DNA of 64,000 bases, taken from IMG/VR virus record IMGVR_UViG_3300005529_000030, positions 8,597 to 72,596 of that record; one strand, 5' to 3'. Position numbers and translations under genes: made by a program. The notes below the pieces were generated by a model. The model worked only from the letters and a program-made list of their open reading frames with translations. It was not told the origin of the DNA and did not search any database. Numbering within the stretch: position 1 is the first letter of the stretch; every line of letters begins with the position of its first letter. Shown one piece after another: positions 37,451-46,289 of this stretch. The stretch is from a virus.

Positions 37451-37452
37451 TC

Positions 37453-38421
37453 TTAAATTCGGTGTTCCCACAAACTGCTGTTGGCTATCCTATTTACCCT
37501 AACAAATGTCGCGCATTTAGGCAAGTCTTTTATGTTTTTAGCCCCGACATAGGCACAGGCCGACCGAATGCCGCCTGTAATTTCTTGAAGAGTGTTTTCT
37601 AGCGGACCGCGCCGAGGTAAATTAAATTCCCATCCTTCCGAAGCCCTGTAGTTTTTAAGGCCACCAGCTATCTCGGTAGCGCCTTTTTCTGATGCCATAC
37701 CGTAAAATTCGGTGCCGTTTTCATCGTGACTGGCCAGCATTGCGCCAAGCATAACAAAATCCGCTCCAGCGGCAAAAGCTTTCACGACATCTCCTGGTGT
37801 ACCACATCCGCCGTCCGAGATGATGTGGCCGCCGAGACCGTGGGCCGCATCGGCACATTCAATTACTGCGCTTAATTGTGGGTACCCGACGCCAGTTTTA
37901 ATACGGGTCGAACAAGCTGCTCCGCTTCCTATTCCTACTTTCACGATGTCGGCTCCCGCTAGAATTAAGGCTTCGGTCATTTCTGGAGTGACGACATTTC
38001 CAGCCATGATTACAACATCTCTAAATTCAGACCTGATTTCACGAACTTTATCCACAACCGATTCTATGTAGCCGTTCGGTACATCCAAACATAAAAAACA
38101 ACAATCGTAATTAATATTAGAAACAAAGGAATTGAGACCTATACTTTTGATTAGAAAATCCGAATTAATCGAAGATGAGCCGTTAAAATTCTTCGGCATA
38201 CAGGCTAACATGCCGCGCTCCGACATAACCCGCGCAACTTCAATAGTCGTGACCGAAGTCATATTGGACGAAATGATTGGCACTCCTGTCCACGTCCAAT
38301 CAACGTAGCGAAATTTAAAGGTTCGCAACAGATTTATTTCTTTCCGACTCTGAATTGTAGAGCGTTTCGGAACTAGAAGCACATCTTGAAAATCCAATTT
38401 TGTGTCTTGTATTAATCTCAC
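37453..38421 (-). CDS. guaC: GMP reductase
   Basis: KLDFQDVLLVPKRS, KVGIGSGAACSTR, SDGG, FYGMAS, YRASEG, GGIRSACAYVGA; no CBS domains. Confidence 0.85.
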   Translation of the reverse strand: MRLIQDTKLDFQDVLLVPKRSTIQSRKEINLLRTFKFRYVDWTWTGVPIISSNMTSVTTIEVARVMSERGMLACMPKNFNGSSSINSDFLIKSIGLNSFVSNINYDCCFLCLDVPNGYIESVVDKVREIRSEFRDVVIMAGNVVTPEMTEALILAGADIVKVGIGSGAACSTRIKTGVGYPQLSAVIECADAAHGLGGHIISDGGCGTPGDVVKAFAAGADFVMLGAMLASHDENGTEFYGMASEKGATEIAGGLKNYRASEGWEFNLPRRGPLENTLQEITGGIRSACAYVGAKNIKDLPKCATFVRVNRIANSSLWEHRI

Positions 38422-38423
38422 CT

Positions 38424-38783
38424 TTAACTCCAAAGCGGCAAATAATCGATGACACCCTGAACCTGTTTTGGCAATCCGCATATGGCCACGGCAGTTAAAA
38501 ACTGTCCGTCGCCGTAGGCGGATAAATTTTCGTCATAAAATGCGACGTGACGCAGCTTTTTTGTTTTGGCTAAACGCATAATATGCTGCAATTCTGCCGA
38601 ATCTCTTGCTTGTAAAATTATTATTGTTGTAGTATAAGCATTTAATAATTTACCATATTCAAAACAAAAAGCCGCAGCGGCATGCGCGGCCTGAGCCGTT
38701 TGCCGTCCTTTGGGTTGCTTTATCTTCCCGAAATCCGTTTCTATTGAATTAGCCACCACTACGTAAAGCTGTCTTTTTTCCAT
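38424..38783 (-). CDS. Peptidyl-tRNA hydrolase 2 (Pth2) family
   Basis: LYVVV..GRQTAQAAHAA...FYD...LTAVAI...LPL. Confidence 0.7.
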   Translation of the reverse strand: MEKRQLYVVVANSIETDFGKIKQPKGRQTAQAAHAAAAFCFEYGKLLNAYTTTIIILQARDSAELQHIMRLAKTKKLRHVAFYDENLSAYGDGQFLTAVAICGLPKQVQGVIDYLPLWS

Positions 38784-39243
38784 GCCTATCCCTTGTTTTA
38801 AGCTTCCAAATAGAAATTCTCCTGCCCCGATTTTCGGGTCTGACGCTCTTGACCGTCACTCCCGTATTTATAAATTCGGGCGTATTAAAAACCGCTCCAG
38901 CCGCTCCCTTCGTTATAGGCCCGAATTTAGTCTCTTTCATGGCCGATTGGACTTCATCAATTGTAACAAAGCCGTTTCGTTTAGATATTTTTTTAGCAAT
39001 GTCTCTGGCTTCCTGAATTGGAGAAATTTTCTTTAAAACAAAAGAGGGGAACAAATATTCAGGCATGCCATCTCCGAAATCTAGCTCGATTCCTATATCT
39101 TCATAAATTGCTTTAACGCGCCCAATCTTACCTACGTAACAATTCATCGCGCTCGGAACCCAAACATTGTTCCAACCATTTTCATAGCTTTTGGCCTTTC
39201 GTGTCACGTAAACTTCGTCACCCACTTTTAATGTGTTTTTCAT
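38749..39243 (-). CDS. Hypothetical protein (SH3-like plus winged-helix-like parts)
   Basis: LKVGDEV..; GAAGAVF...GRRISIW. Confidence 0.5.
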   Translation of the reverse strand: MKNTLKVGDEVYVTRKAKSYENGWNNVWVPSAMNCYVGKIGRVKAIYEDIGIELDFGDGMPEYLFPSFVLKKISPIQEARDIAKKISKRNGFVTIDEVQSAMKETKFGPITKGAAGAVFNTPEFINTGVTVKSVRPENRGRRISIWKLKTRDRHGKKTALRSGG

Positions 39244-39497
39244 GCAAGTTTTCCTTTCTGTTCGTTCAAATTCAAACATCTATACCCTAATTTTTCAAAT
39301 ATCGTGCCTTTGACCAAATGAGCAAACCACATCGGAACATTTCTTTGTATTAGAATTTTTCCCTTGAAATTTCGGAATTTGGCCATCATAAGTGCCCTTT
39401 CTATGGCGGCATCTTTTGTGTCGTACAAAGCTTCGCCGTTTTTATCAAACCCAATAAATCCCACGCTATCCTCCTTTCTGTTTTTTAACAATCGCAT
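39240..39497 (-). CDS. Hypothetical protein
   Basis: Operon packing. Confidence 0.45.
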   Translation of the reverse strand: MRLLKNRKEDSVGFIGFDKNGEALYDTKDAAIERALMMAKFRNFKGKILIQRNVPMWFAHLVKGTIFEKLGYRCLNLNEQKGKLA

Positions 39498-39876
39498 CTC
39501 GGAGTTTTCTTCTCATTTCATACGTTGCAAACCAATCTATTTGACCTTCAACTTGCACTAGGACGCCTAAGAGCATATCGGTATATTCGTGATTCACGGC
39601 CCCGGCATGCTTTCCCTTTGTTATAGGAATAATCATTTCCTCGGCTTTACCACGATACTCTTTTTGGAGCATTGTGTCAAGTATTTTTTCTTCTGTCGTC
39701 CAATTATATCTGTGTTTGGCGTAAATGGCGGGAATATCGTAGCAATCCTTCATCTTATGGCATAGCTCACACGTGGCCTTAAATATGTCAACATAGGGAT
39801 AGGACGGCGGTAATTTCAAATTGTTGTATATTCGACAATCTTCACAGTACAGCATATACTCACCGTTCCCTGACAA
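39466..39876 (-). CDS. Hypothetical zinc-finger protein
   Basis: CEDC...CELC. Confidence 0.55.
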   Translation of the reverse strand: MSGNGEYMLYCEDCRIYNNLKLPPSYPYVDIFKATCELCHKMKDCYDIPAIYAKHRYNWTTEEKILDTMLQKEYRGKAEEMIIPITKGKHAGAVNHEYTDMLLGVLVQVEGQIDWFATYEMRRKLRDAIVKKQKGG

Positions 39877-40615
39877 ATCTATTGATTAAAATACTGAATG
39901 CGCTCGCAGCCACTGTTGGAATCTGTCCGTTTCCAATGGCCGAGATTCTGTCCACGTAATCGGCCACCCCATTGCTTCCTCTGCAAAGTTGGGGTGAGTA
40001 TATATCGGTTCGTTTTCGCAAATCCTCAATCCCTCGGACATCTTGGCACCACGGTACTCTGTGCTTCCACGGTATCTTTTTCGAGACGAACCTTTGAACT
40101 CGTTCTTGCCTATTGTCGGCAGCGAGAATCCAGATGCGTTTTCTTTGATGCCAAGCTCCAACATCGGAGCCTCCGAGCACACACCATTCCGCATCGTACC
40201 CCATTTCGGCCAAGTCCCCAAGAACAACGTCGAGTCCTCGACTGGTAAGCGCGGGACTGTTTTCCAAGAACGCGAATCCAGGTCGTACTTCACCAACAAT
40301 TCTGGCTGCTTCTTTCCACAAGCCGCTTTGTTTTCCTGAGATTCCCGCTCCTTTTCCTGCGACACTAATATCCTGACACGGGAAGCCCGCAGAAACCACG
40401 TCAACAATTTCTTTCCAAGGTCGTCCGTCAAAACTTCTAACGTCGTCCCAAATAGGGAAGGATTTGAGAAATCCTTCATTCTGTCTTTTGATAAGAATAC
40501 TTGCAGGGTAGGGTTCGATTTCAACAGCGCAGACAGTTTTCCATCCCAGGAGTTTTCCGCCAAGTATTCCTCCACCAGCGCCCGCGAAAAGTGCCAACTC
40601 ATTAAGGGTCTCCAT
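39860..40615 (-). CDS. DNA (cytosine-5)-methyltransferase, catalytic polypeptide
   Basis: Motif I LFAGAGG, IV GFPCQD, VI LENS, VIII QRKRIWI, X IGNGQ. Confidence 0.9.
   Translation of the reverse strand: METLNELALFAGAGGGILGGKLLGWKTVCAVEIEPYPASILIKRQNEGFLKSFPIWDDVRSFDGRPWKEIVDVVSAGFPCQDISVAGKGAGISGKQSGLWKEAARIVGEVRPGFAFLENSPALTSRGLDVVLGDLAEMGYDAEWCVLGGSDVGAWHQRKRIWILAADNRQERVQRFVSKKIPWKHRVPWCQDVRGIEDLRKRTDIYSPQLCRGSNGVADYVDRISAIGNGQIPTVAASAFSILINRFVRER
39886..40602 (-). CDS. Nested alternative-frame partner polypeptide of the C5 methyltransferase
   Basis: 238-aa ORF wholly inside the MTase gene; ends with motif IX-like HPNFAEEAMGWPITWT. Confidence 0.7.
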   Translation of the reverse strand: MSWHFSRALVEEYLAENSWDGKLSALLKSNPTLQVFLSKDRMKDFSNPSLFGTTLEVLTDDLGKKLLTWFLRASRVRILVSQEKERESQENKAACGKKQPELLVKYDLDSRSWKTVPRLPVEDSTLFLGTWPKWGTMRNGVCSEAPMLELGIKENASGFSLPTIGKNEFKGSSRKRYRGSTEYRGAKMSEGLRICENEPIYTHPNFAEEAMGWPITWTESRPLETDRFQQWLRAHSVF

Positions 40616-40637
40616 TTTTTATCTCATTTCAATTAAT

Positions 40638-41066
40638 TCACCACAAATCATGGAAAGCGTGTCGCTCTGCCAAATCAATCATGCATTGTTCGTGGGCAGG
40701 CCCATGAGGGTCTAGGCTAGATTCGATTGCCGTATAACCCGCAGGAACGTTTATGCGTAATTCCAATTTCTCGTGGCACATTTCGTGCAATAGACTCATG
40801 TCGGCTTCTCTTAAGTCAGGATTGAGCCGAGGGTCTATGGATATAAGAACTGAGCCGTCGGGTCTTTTATCCATTCTAGCCATATCATTATAGCGCGACA
40901 AATCCGACCATATAACTTTTGTGTTGTTTGGCAACGCTCCGTAAAAGTATTGTTCGTTATAATAATCGAAATCGTTTTGAAGATTGTACTTCGGAGACGC
41001 CCCCAATAAATACGATGTTATTAAGGCCAATCCGAATATGATTATGATTTTCTTGATTAAGTTCAT
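40638..41066 (-). CDS. SprT-like zinc metalloprotease with N-terminal signal/TM segment
   Basis: FDYYNEQYF.G.LP; LLHEMCH; HGP. Confidence 0.7.
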   Translation of the reverse strand: MNLIKKIIIIFGLALITSYLLGASPKYNLQNDFDYYNEQYFYGALPNNTKVIWSDLSRYNDMARMDKRPDGSVLISIDPRLNPDLREADMSLLHEMCHEKLELRINVPAGYTAIESSLDPHGPAHEQCMIDLAERHAFHDLW

Positions 41067-41178
41067 AAAATCCCATATAATGACAATAAATATAAAGTTA
41101 TAAACAATAATACGTCTAACAAAAACCATATTAAGAAGAAGGCTTTTCTTGCTTTCGACATCATGCGATAAACTCCTA

Positions 41179-41418
41179 TTATCGTATTCCAGGATTTACA
41201 GTTCCAAAATTTTTCGATGCCTCGGTTTTCATAAATTTATTATTGTCATCAAATTTTTGAGGCGCGGTATTTTCGTAAATGACATTTAGAATAACGGCCC
41301 AAGCTTGGTCAATTAAAGCTCCCGTTTTCTGTCGGGCCTTCCTTCGCAAGCGACCGCGAAGCTGTTTGGCGGGCATCGTTTGAATATTCTTTTCTGTAAT
41401 TTCAGATTTATTTTTCAT
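41179..41418 (-). CDS. Hypothetical protein
   Basis: GAGGA RBS. Confidence 0.55.
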   Translation of the reverse strand: MKNKSEITEKNIQTMPAKQLRGRLRRKARQKTGALIDQAWAVILNVIYENTAPQKFDDNNKFMKTEASKNFGTVNPGIR

Positions 41419-41448
41419 ATTATCCTCATTTCCTCAGGCCGCGCCAGA

Positions 41449-41700
41449 TTAAGTCGCCATCTTCGCCCCTGCCGCGACGAACGGGGCAGGCACGGCCTGA
41501 AGCTCGTATAATCTGCCGTCATTTATGATGCGCTCGTATTTATTTGTCAATCCTGAAATCCACCACCATTTCTTTCCAATGAATACCGCTCGGTGATTAC
41601 ATGCATAACATCCTCCACAACGAGAGCAGAGAAATAAATATTCTCCGCCTTTTCCTTGCGAAAAGCAATTATGCTCGGAAGATGTTGTAATGTCCGACAT
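41449..41700 (-). CDS. Hypothetical Cys-rich protein
   Basis: CSRCGGCYACNH. Confidence 0.4.
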   Translation of the reverse strand: MSDITTSSEHNCFSQGKGGEYLFLCSRCGGCYACNHRAVFIGKKWWWISGLTNKYERIINDGRLYELQAVPAPFVAAGAKMAT

Positions 41701-41917
41701 GGCCGAATCCATATTGACCATAAATTTTTTCAGCGATTGCTTTCGCTTCTTGATTGCAACTAGCCTCAAAAGTCTCCACAATTGGAGGGAATGGAACCGG
41801 TTCATCCGTTTTTGGATGAAAATCCGAAATTCCGGGAGCATAAATACTAATTTCAAAAATCACGCCGAAAGCCTCCTTTTGCTTCAAAATAATCTCATAT
41901 TTACTGTGGCTTGTCAA
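41669..41917 (-). CDS. Hypothetical protein
   Basis: Operon packing. Confidence 0.45.
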   Translation of the reverse strand: MTSHSKYEIILKQKEAFGVIFEISIYAPGISDFHPKTDEPVPFPPIVETFEASCNQEAKAIAEKIYGQYGFGHVGHYNIFRA

Positions 41918-42236
41918 GCCCTTCCTTGTGTACCCGATAAAAAGGCCGCTGTTCTTCTATTAATTGCTCCGTTTCAGAAATTCTTTCGGCCTGCGAGCGA
42001 GCAAAATCCAAAAGTTTCGCGGCACTTGCCACGGTTTCGTTATATTGTTTCTTTAATTGGTTGTTTTCTTGTATTAGTTCGTCAAATTTATCTTTAACAG
42101 CTTGATACCGATTTCTATAAAAAGATATGGCATCGGCCACGGTCTTCAAATGTTCCGACACTTGTTTCGGATGTCCTTTTAACCATTCTTCCAAAAAACC
42201 CAAACTATAGGCAAAATCTTTCTCTTCGACTTCCAT
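41901..42236 (-). CDS. Hypothetical coiled-coil protein
   Basis: GGAG RBS before MEVEEK. Confidence 0.55.
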   Translation of the reverse strand: MEVEEKDFAYSLGFLEEWLKGHPKQVSEHLKTVADAISFYRNRYQAVKDKFDELIQENNQLKKQYNETVASAAKLLDFARSQAERISETEQLIEEQRPFYRVHKEGLDKPQ

Positions 42237-42241
42237 ATTTA

Positions 42242-42553
42242 TTATTTCTCCAATCGTCCTCTTAGGGCATAACAAAAGAACTGAAGGCTCCGCTTCCAAT
42301 TTAAATAGCCCGCAATGATGTCGGCATGACACGGTTCCGGCGAACAGTAGCACCCTATTTTGGCATTTTCCGGTATTTCCTTTAATGCCTTTTCTCGCAA
42401 TTTACGTCCGTCTTCCGAATAAAAGTATAAAGCAAAGGCTTCCACCGCGTTTTTTCTAGGGTTTCCAAAACCCATAAAATTACCAAAAATTGTGGGTCGG
42501 CACACGGGAATATCGCAAGACTCTTTTTTAATGTTCACTACCTTTACCGACAT
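42242..42553 (-). CDS. DUF4326-like protein
   Basis: RPT.FGN...IGCYCSPEPCHADII. Confidence 0.75.
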   Translation of the reverse strand: MSVKVVNIKKESCDIPVCRPTIFGNFMGFGNPRKNAVEAFALYFYSEDGRKLREKALKEIPENAKIGCYCSPEPCHADIIAGYLNWKRSLQFFCYALRGRLEK

Positions 42554-42851
42554 AAATAATATCCTCGTCTATGGAAATTCCCCTCGTCTTCAGAAAAAGT
42601 ATGTCCTGCCAATTACAGTATAATTTATTATAATCCTTGTTTTTAAATTTGTTCTGTTCATCATATCTTTTCATGCTTTCTTGAATTTCAAGAAAATGGT
42701 CCGCCTCATGCAGGCGAATCAAAATGTCCAAACCTTTTTCGCTATAACTCCAAAAGTAAGGATTGGGGCAACCTTTATGGCGACACATGTAACAAAATTT
42801 AATCATAAATTTGGGGCACGGGCGACGGATACGGAAAATAAACTCTGGCAA
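42528..42851 (-). CDS. Hypothetical protein
   Basis: Operon packing; CYMCRH.GC. Confidence 0.4.
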   Translation of the reverse strand: MPEFIFRIRRPCPKFMIKFCYMCRHKGCPNPYFWSYSEKGLDILIRLHEADHFLEIQESMKRYDEQNKFKNKDYNKLYCNWQDILFLKTRGISIDEDIIYVGKGSEH

Positions 42852-43338
42852 GCCAACCCGATAAAAATTTATTTTGATTATTATATGCGGCTATCTGTCT
42901 ATAAAAATCCTCCCACTCCGCTCGAAACATTGAAGCCACTATTTCAGGCTGTTTGGAGTTACAAGTGTTAATGGTAATCGGTCCGCAAATTCCATCCTGT
43001 TTTATGTCCAAAACTTTTTGTAAAACACGAACGGCACCGGATGGAGAATTATTTACAGCCAAACTAAACACGGGAGCGGCCACAATATCGGATTGAATTT
43101 CATCTCCTCGTATGGGCACCCAATAAAATTTCTTGTACACCGATTTGGCGTAAGCTACGGCTTGGGCAAACGGCATTGTAGTAAAGTATTCGGAAGGAAC
43201 ATCATTAGCATGATAACGCTGAGTAATTCCAAGCCGAGTTAATCCTGCCCCGTCCCCTAAATCCACGATTTTACCTGGTTCTTTTTTATCGTCTTCTTGG
43301 AAAAGAACCCACCTAACAATAGGTTCAAAGTCGGCCAT
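42799..43338 (-). CDS. Endolysin, glycoside hydrolase family 108 with peptidoglycan-binding C-terminus
   Basis: E...D.GDGAGLTRLGITQ, YKKFYW, AVN, LQ..L..KQDGICGP.T, KFL.GWLAR. Confidence 0.85.
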   Translation of the reverse strand: MADFEPIVRWVLFQEDDKKEPGKIVDLGDGAGLTRLGITQRYHANDVPSEYFTTMPFAQAVAYAKSVYKKFYWVPIRGDEIQSDIVAAPVFSLAVNNSPSGAVRVLQKVLDIKQDGICGPITINTCNSKQPEIVASMFRAEWEDFYRQIAAYNNQNKFLSGWLARVYFPYPSPVPQIYD

Positions 43339-43893
43339 TCATCTTCTCCACGCCCATCCTTTCGCCACGAATTTATCAAATTCTACGGGCATATAATTGG
43401 TGTACTCCACGGCAAGCAATCTTTGCCAAGGATATAAAAGTTTTCCTTTTTTGGCCGAAATAAAAAACTCATCTTTTTGTTTTTCGGGGTCGTCGGCAAG
43501 AAATCCATCCCAAACATTGTGTAAATGTCCGTGAATATTGATATGAGTACCGCGAGGCAAAGGCGCTCGCCACGGTTTATGCGTAAGCCAAGCGCCGCGA
43601 TAAATCAGTCCGTCGCAAGCCATATCGAATCCATTTTGTACATACCATTGGCACGATTTTGTGTCGTGGTTCCCGCGAATGAGCCACTTCTTGCCCGGCC
43701 ATTTTTGCACAGTCGGCATAAATACGTCAGTTTTGCCTATTCCTATATCGCCCAAATGAATCAAAATATCATTCGGACTCACCATTCGACGAATGTTGGC
43801 ATCAATACGTTCCGTATGGTCATCCGGTCGCTGACAATAGGTCTTAATATTGTTGTGGTTCAAGTGAGTATCAGTAATTAGCCAAGTTTTCAT
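43339..43893 (-). CDS. Calcineurin-like metallophosphoesterase
   Basis: TDTH, HLGD, RGNHD, THKP, HGHLH. Confidence 0.85.
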   Translation of the reverse strand: MKTWLITDTHLNHNNIKTYCQRPDDHTERIDANIRRMVSPNDILIHLGDIGIGKTDVFMPTVQKWPGKKWLIRGNHDTKSCQWYVQNGFDMACDGLIYRGAWLTHKPWRAPLPRGTHINIHGHLHNVWDGFLADDPEKQKDEFFISAKKGKLLYPWQRLLAVEYTNYMPVEFDKFVAKGWAWRR

Positions 43894-43900
43894 TTTTTTT

Positions 43901-44644
43901 CTATGTCTCGATACCAAAAAAATCTATGTATTTCTTTATCTCCAAAATTTGCTTCATTTTATTGTGGCCGTCCCAACATCTACGACGAAGCATATCATAT
44001 CTTGAATCTTTTTTGCTAGGATTATTTTCCTGTGTTTGTATGTTCACTCCGGGAACCCAAACAACTATTCTGCCCGCCTGCTTCATTCTTAAAAACCACA
44101 GACCATGCTCTCCGCCTATTTTAATTGATTCGGGCCAATGAATCAACCGATGCGTTCGCGCCAAAAAATAGTTAGCTGCAATATCTACCTTATAGCAGTT
44201 GGGGTCGGTATTGTAAAGCGGATTTTTATCGCCATCAAACAAAATCTCTTTTAGGTAAGTTCCTCTAGAATACTCAAGAAACCCCTCATACGGTCTATCA
44301 TTTACTCTGCCTGCCGCTACGCTCACTTCGGGATTTCGGTCTAAAGTCATTTTGAGTAACTCAACGCCCATTCTAGATTCTTCATCGAAAACAAAATCGT
44401 CGCTCGCTAGAAGTAAATATTCAGTCTTGGTATTTTCAATTAGAGCGTTTCTTTTTGCGCCTAAGCCCGAATCGAAGCTTAAACGTACCATTTCTTCACT
44501 AGACAAAGGCGGCGGAACGTCTGAATCGTCCGCCACAAGCCACCTGCAATCAGAGAAATTTATTCTGATACCATGCAAAGATTGTCGCAAATATCCGTGA
44601 CGAAGAAATGATGTTATGCCTATAGTTATATTAGAAAGATTCAT
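43901..44644 (-). CDS. Glycosyltransferase (GT2/B4GALNT-like)
   Basis: ITIGITSFLR, VADDS, L.FDSGL..KRN, KTEYLLL.SDDFVF, GGEH. Confidence 0.8.
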   Translation of the reverse strand: MNLSNITIGITSFLRHGYLRQSLHGIRINFSDCRWLVADDSDVPPPLSSEEMVRLSFDSGLGAKRNALIENTKTEYLLLASDDFVFDEESRMGVELLKMTLDRNPEVSVAAGRVNDRPYEGFLEYSRGTYLKEILFDGDKNPLYNTDPNCYKVDIAANYFLARTHRLIHWPESIKIGGEHGLWFLRMKQAGRIVVWVPGVNIQTQENNPSKKDSRYDMLRRRCWDGHNKMKQILEIKKYIDFFGIET

Positions 44645-46272
44645 TTTAATTTCCACGACTCCCACACCCAAGGATAATTGAAACTCTCGACATGGGTTTT
44701 TCTAAGCTCTGTTCTAATTGCTTCTCTAAGAATCTCGGCATTAGGGTAAAATTTGTGAAATTGAATTTGAACATTTCGGCACTTTTGAATGTATCCCGTT
44801 TCTATGAGACGAGGCAATATCTCAAACTCCGCGCCTTCTGCGTTAAGACTTATCAAATCGGCTTCAATTATGTTTCGTTCAAAAAATTCGGCTGCATCTA
44901 CAACATTAGCAATTATCGGAACGGGTTTTCCGTAAACAGGGTCCGGCGGAAGCTCCGGTTGATTTTGTCCGCCGCGAAACAAGCTGCTGTTTTGACCTTG
45001 GCTAGCAATGGTTCTATTTCCATTTTTATGCGACAATCCTATATTATGCAGCGTCACTTTAGGATTGTTTTTGAATCTAAAAACGCATGCATGATAAAAA
45101 TCCTCTATTGGTTCTATTACGTGAACAAAACAATTATATCTTTTTACAATATCGTCCGTAAACGCTCCTCTATATCCACCAACATCTATCACGACACTGT
45201 TTTCATTAAGAGGATAGTTTTTCGTATCTTCGTGGTCGGAATACTGCCCCCAATAAATCTGCCTTAATATGTCATCGAATATATAATCTAAATTCTTTGT
45301 TATGCCCCAATTCGGATAATGTTTTTTTAATTTGGAAAAATCCGTAATGTAGCATTTGTGGTCTCCCGAACGAGGAACATTTACATATTCTCGTTTTACG
45401 GGTTTTCCTATGATGCCTTCCACCTTGGCAATGGCCTCAAGTATTGATATGCTGTTTCCTCTGCCTCCGCCAATATTATAAATTTCTCCTGCTATAGGAT
45501 TTTTGATTATCTCTTCCACGGCTCGCATAACGTCATAGGAATGGATATTATCTCGAACTTGCTTTCCTTCATAACCAAAAATTTTATACACGCCGTCTGT
45601 AGCGGCTGTTTTAATTAAGTGCGAAAGAAAGCCGTGCATTTCAACACCCGAATGCCCCGGACCCGTCAAACAACCGCCTCTAAGAACTACGGTTTTTAAG
45701 CCTTTCGCCGCATAAATTTGAACCGTTAAATCTGCTTCGAGTTTATGCCGTCCAAATGTATTATTGGCTCCGATTGAAGTCGTCTCATCGAATCCTCGCC
45801 ACGCTCTTTTATCAAAACGAGTTTGAAATTCTTCAAATTCCATACTGTTAACGGCATTATCGTAAACTTTATTGGTGCTCATAAATATAAAGACAGCGTT
45901 CGGACTATGCTTTAACGTACATTCCAATAAATTCTTGGTGCCCTGAACGTTGACGCCGTAATCTATTTCAGGATTCTTTTCGGCATAATCATGCGAAGGC
46001 TGAGCGGCGCAATGAATAACCGCGTCGTATGGTGCGCCTTGAAAAACATAATTTTGCAGCGCATTCATATCCTGAATATCGGCTTCGTGATGTGCATATC
46101 TGATAACTTTATGAACCACGCGATGCAAATTCCATAAAATATCCGCCGAATCTCCGAAAAACTTCTTTCGCATGTTATTGTCCACACCTACGATTTCGTG
46201 GCCGCGAGAACCAAAATATTCTACTGCTTCGCCTCCAATTAATCCGCCGCTTCCCGTCACTAAAATTTTCAT
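44641..46272 (-). CDS. NAD-dependent nucleotide-sugar epimerase fused to an FkbM-type methyltransferase
   Basis: TGSGGLIG, HCAAQPSHD, STNKVY, GKQVRDNIH; C-terminal IDVGGY.G..EP...NAEGAEF. Confidence 0.85.
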   Translation of the reverse strand: MKILVTGSGGLIGGEAVEYFGSRGHEIVGVDNNMRKKFFGDSADILWNLHRVVHKVIRYAHHEADIQDMNALQNYVFQGAPYDAVIHCAAQPSHDYAEKNPEIDYGVNVQGTKNLLECTLKHSPNAVFIFMSTNKVYDNAVNSMEFEEFQTRFDKRAWRGFDETTSIGANNTFGRHKLEADLTVQIYAAKGLKTVVLRGGCLTGPGHSGVEMHGFLSHLIKTAATDGVYKIFGYEGKQVRDNIHSYDVMRAVEEIIKNPIAGEIYNIGGGRGNSISILEAIAKVEGIIGKPVKREYVNVPRSGDHKCYITDFSKLKKHYPNWGITKNLDYIFDDILRQIYWGQYSDHEDTKNYPLNENSVVIDVGGYRGAFTDDIVKRYNCFVHVIEPIEDFYHACVFRFKNNPKVTLHNIGLSHKNGNRTIASQGQNSSLFRGGQNQPELPPDPVYGKPVPIIANVVDAAEFFERNIIEADLISLNAEGAEFEILPRLIETGYIQKCRNVQIQFHKFYPNAEILREAIRTELRKTHVESFNYPWVWESWKLK

Positions 46273-46289
46273 TTAGAATTTCTCCGGTA

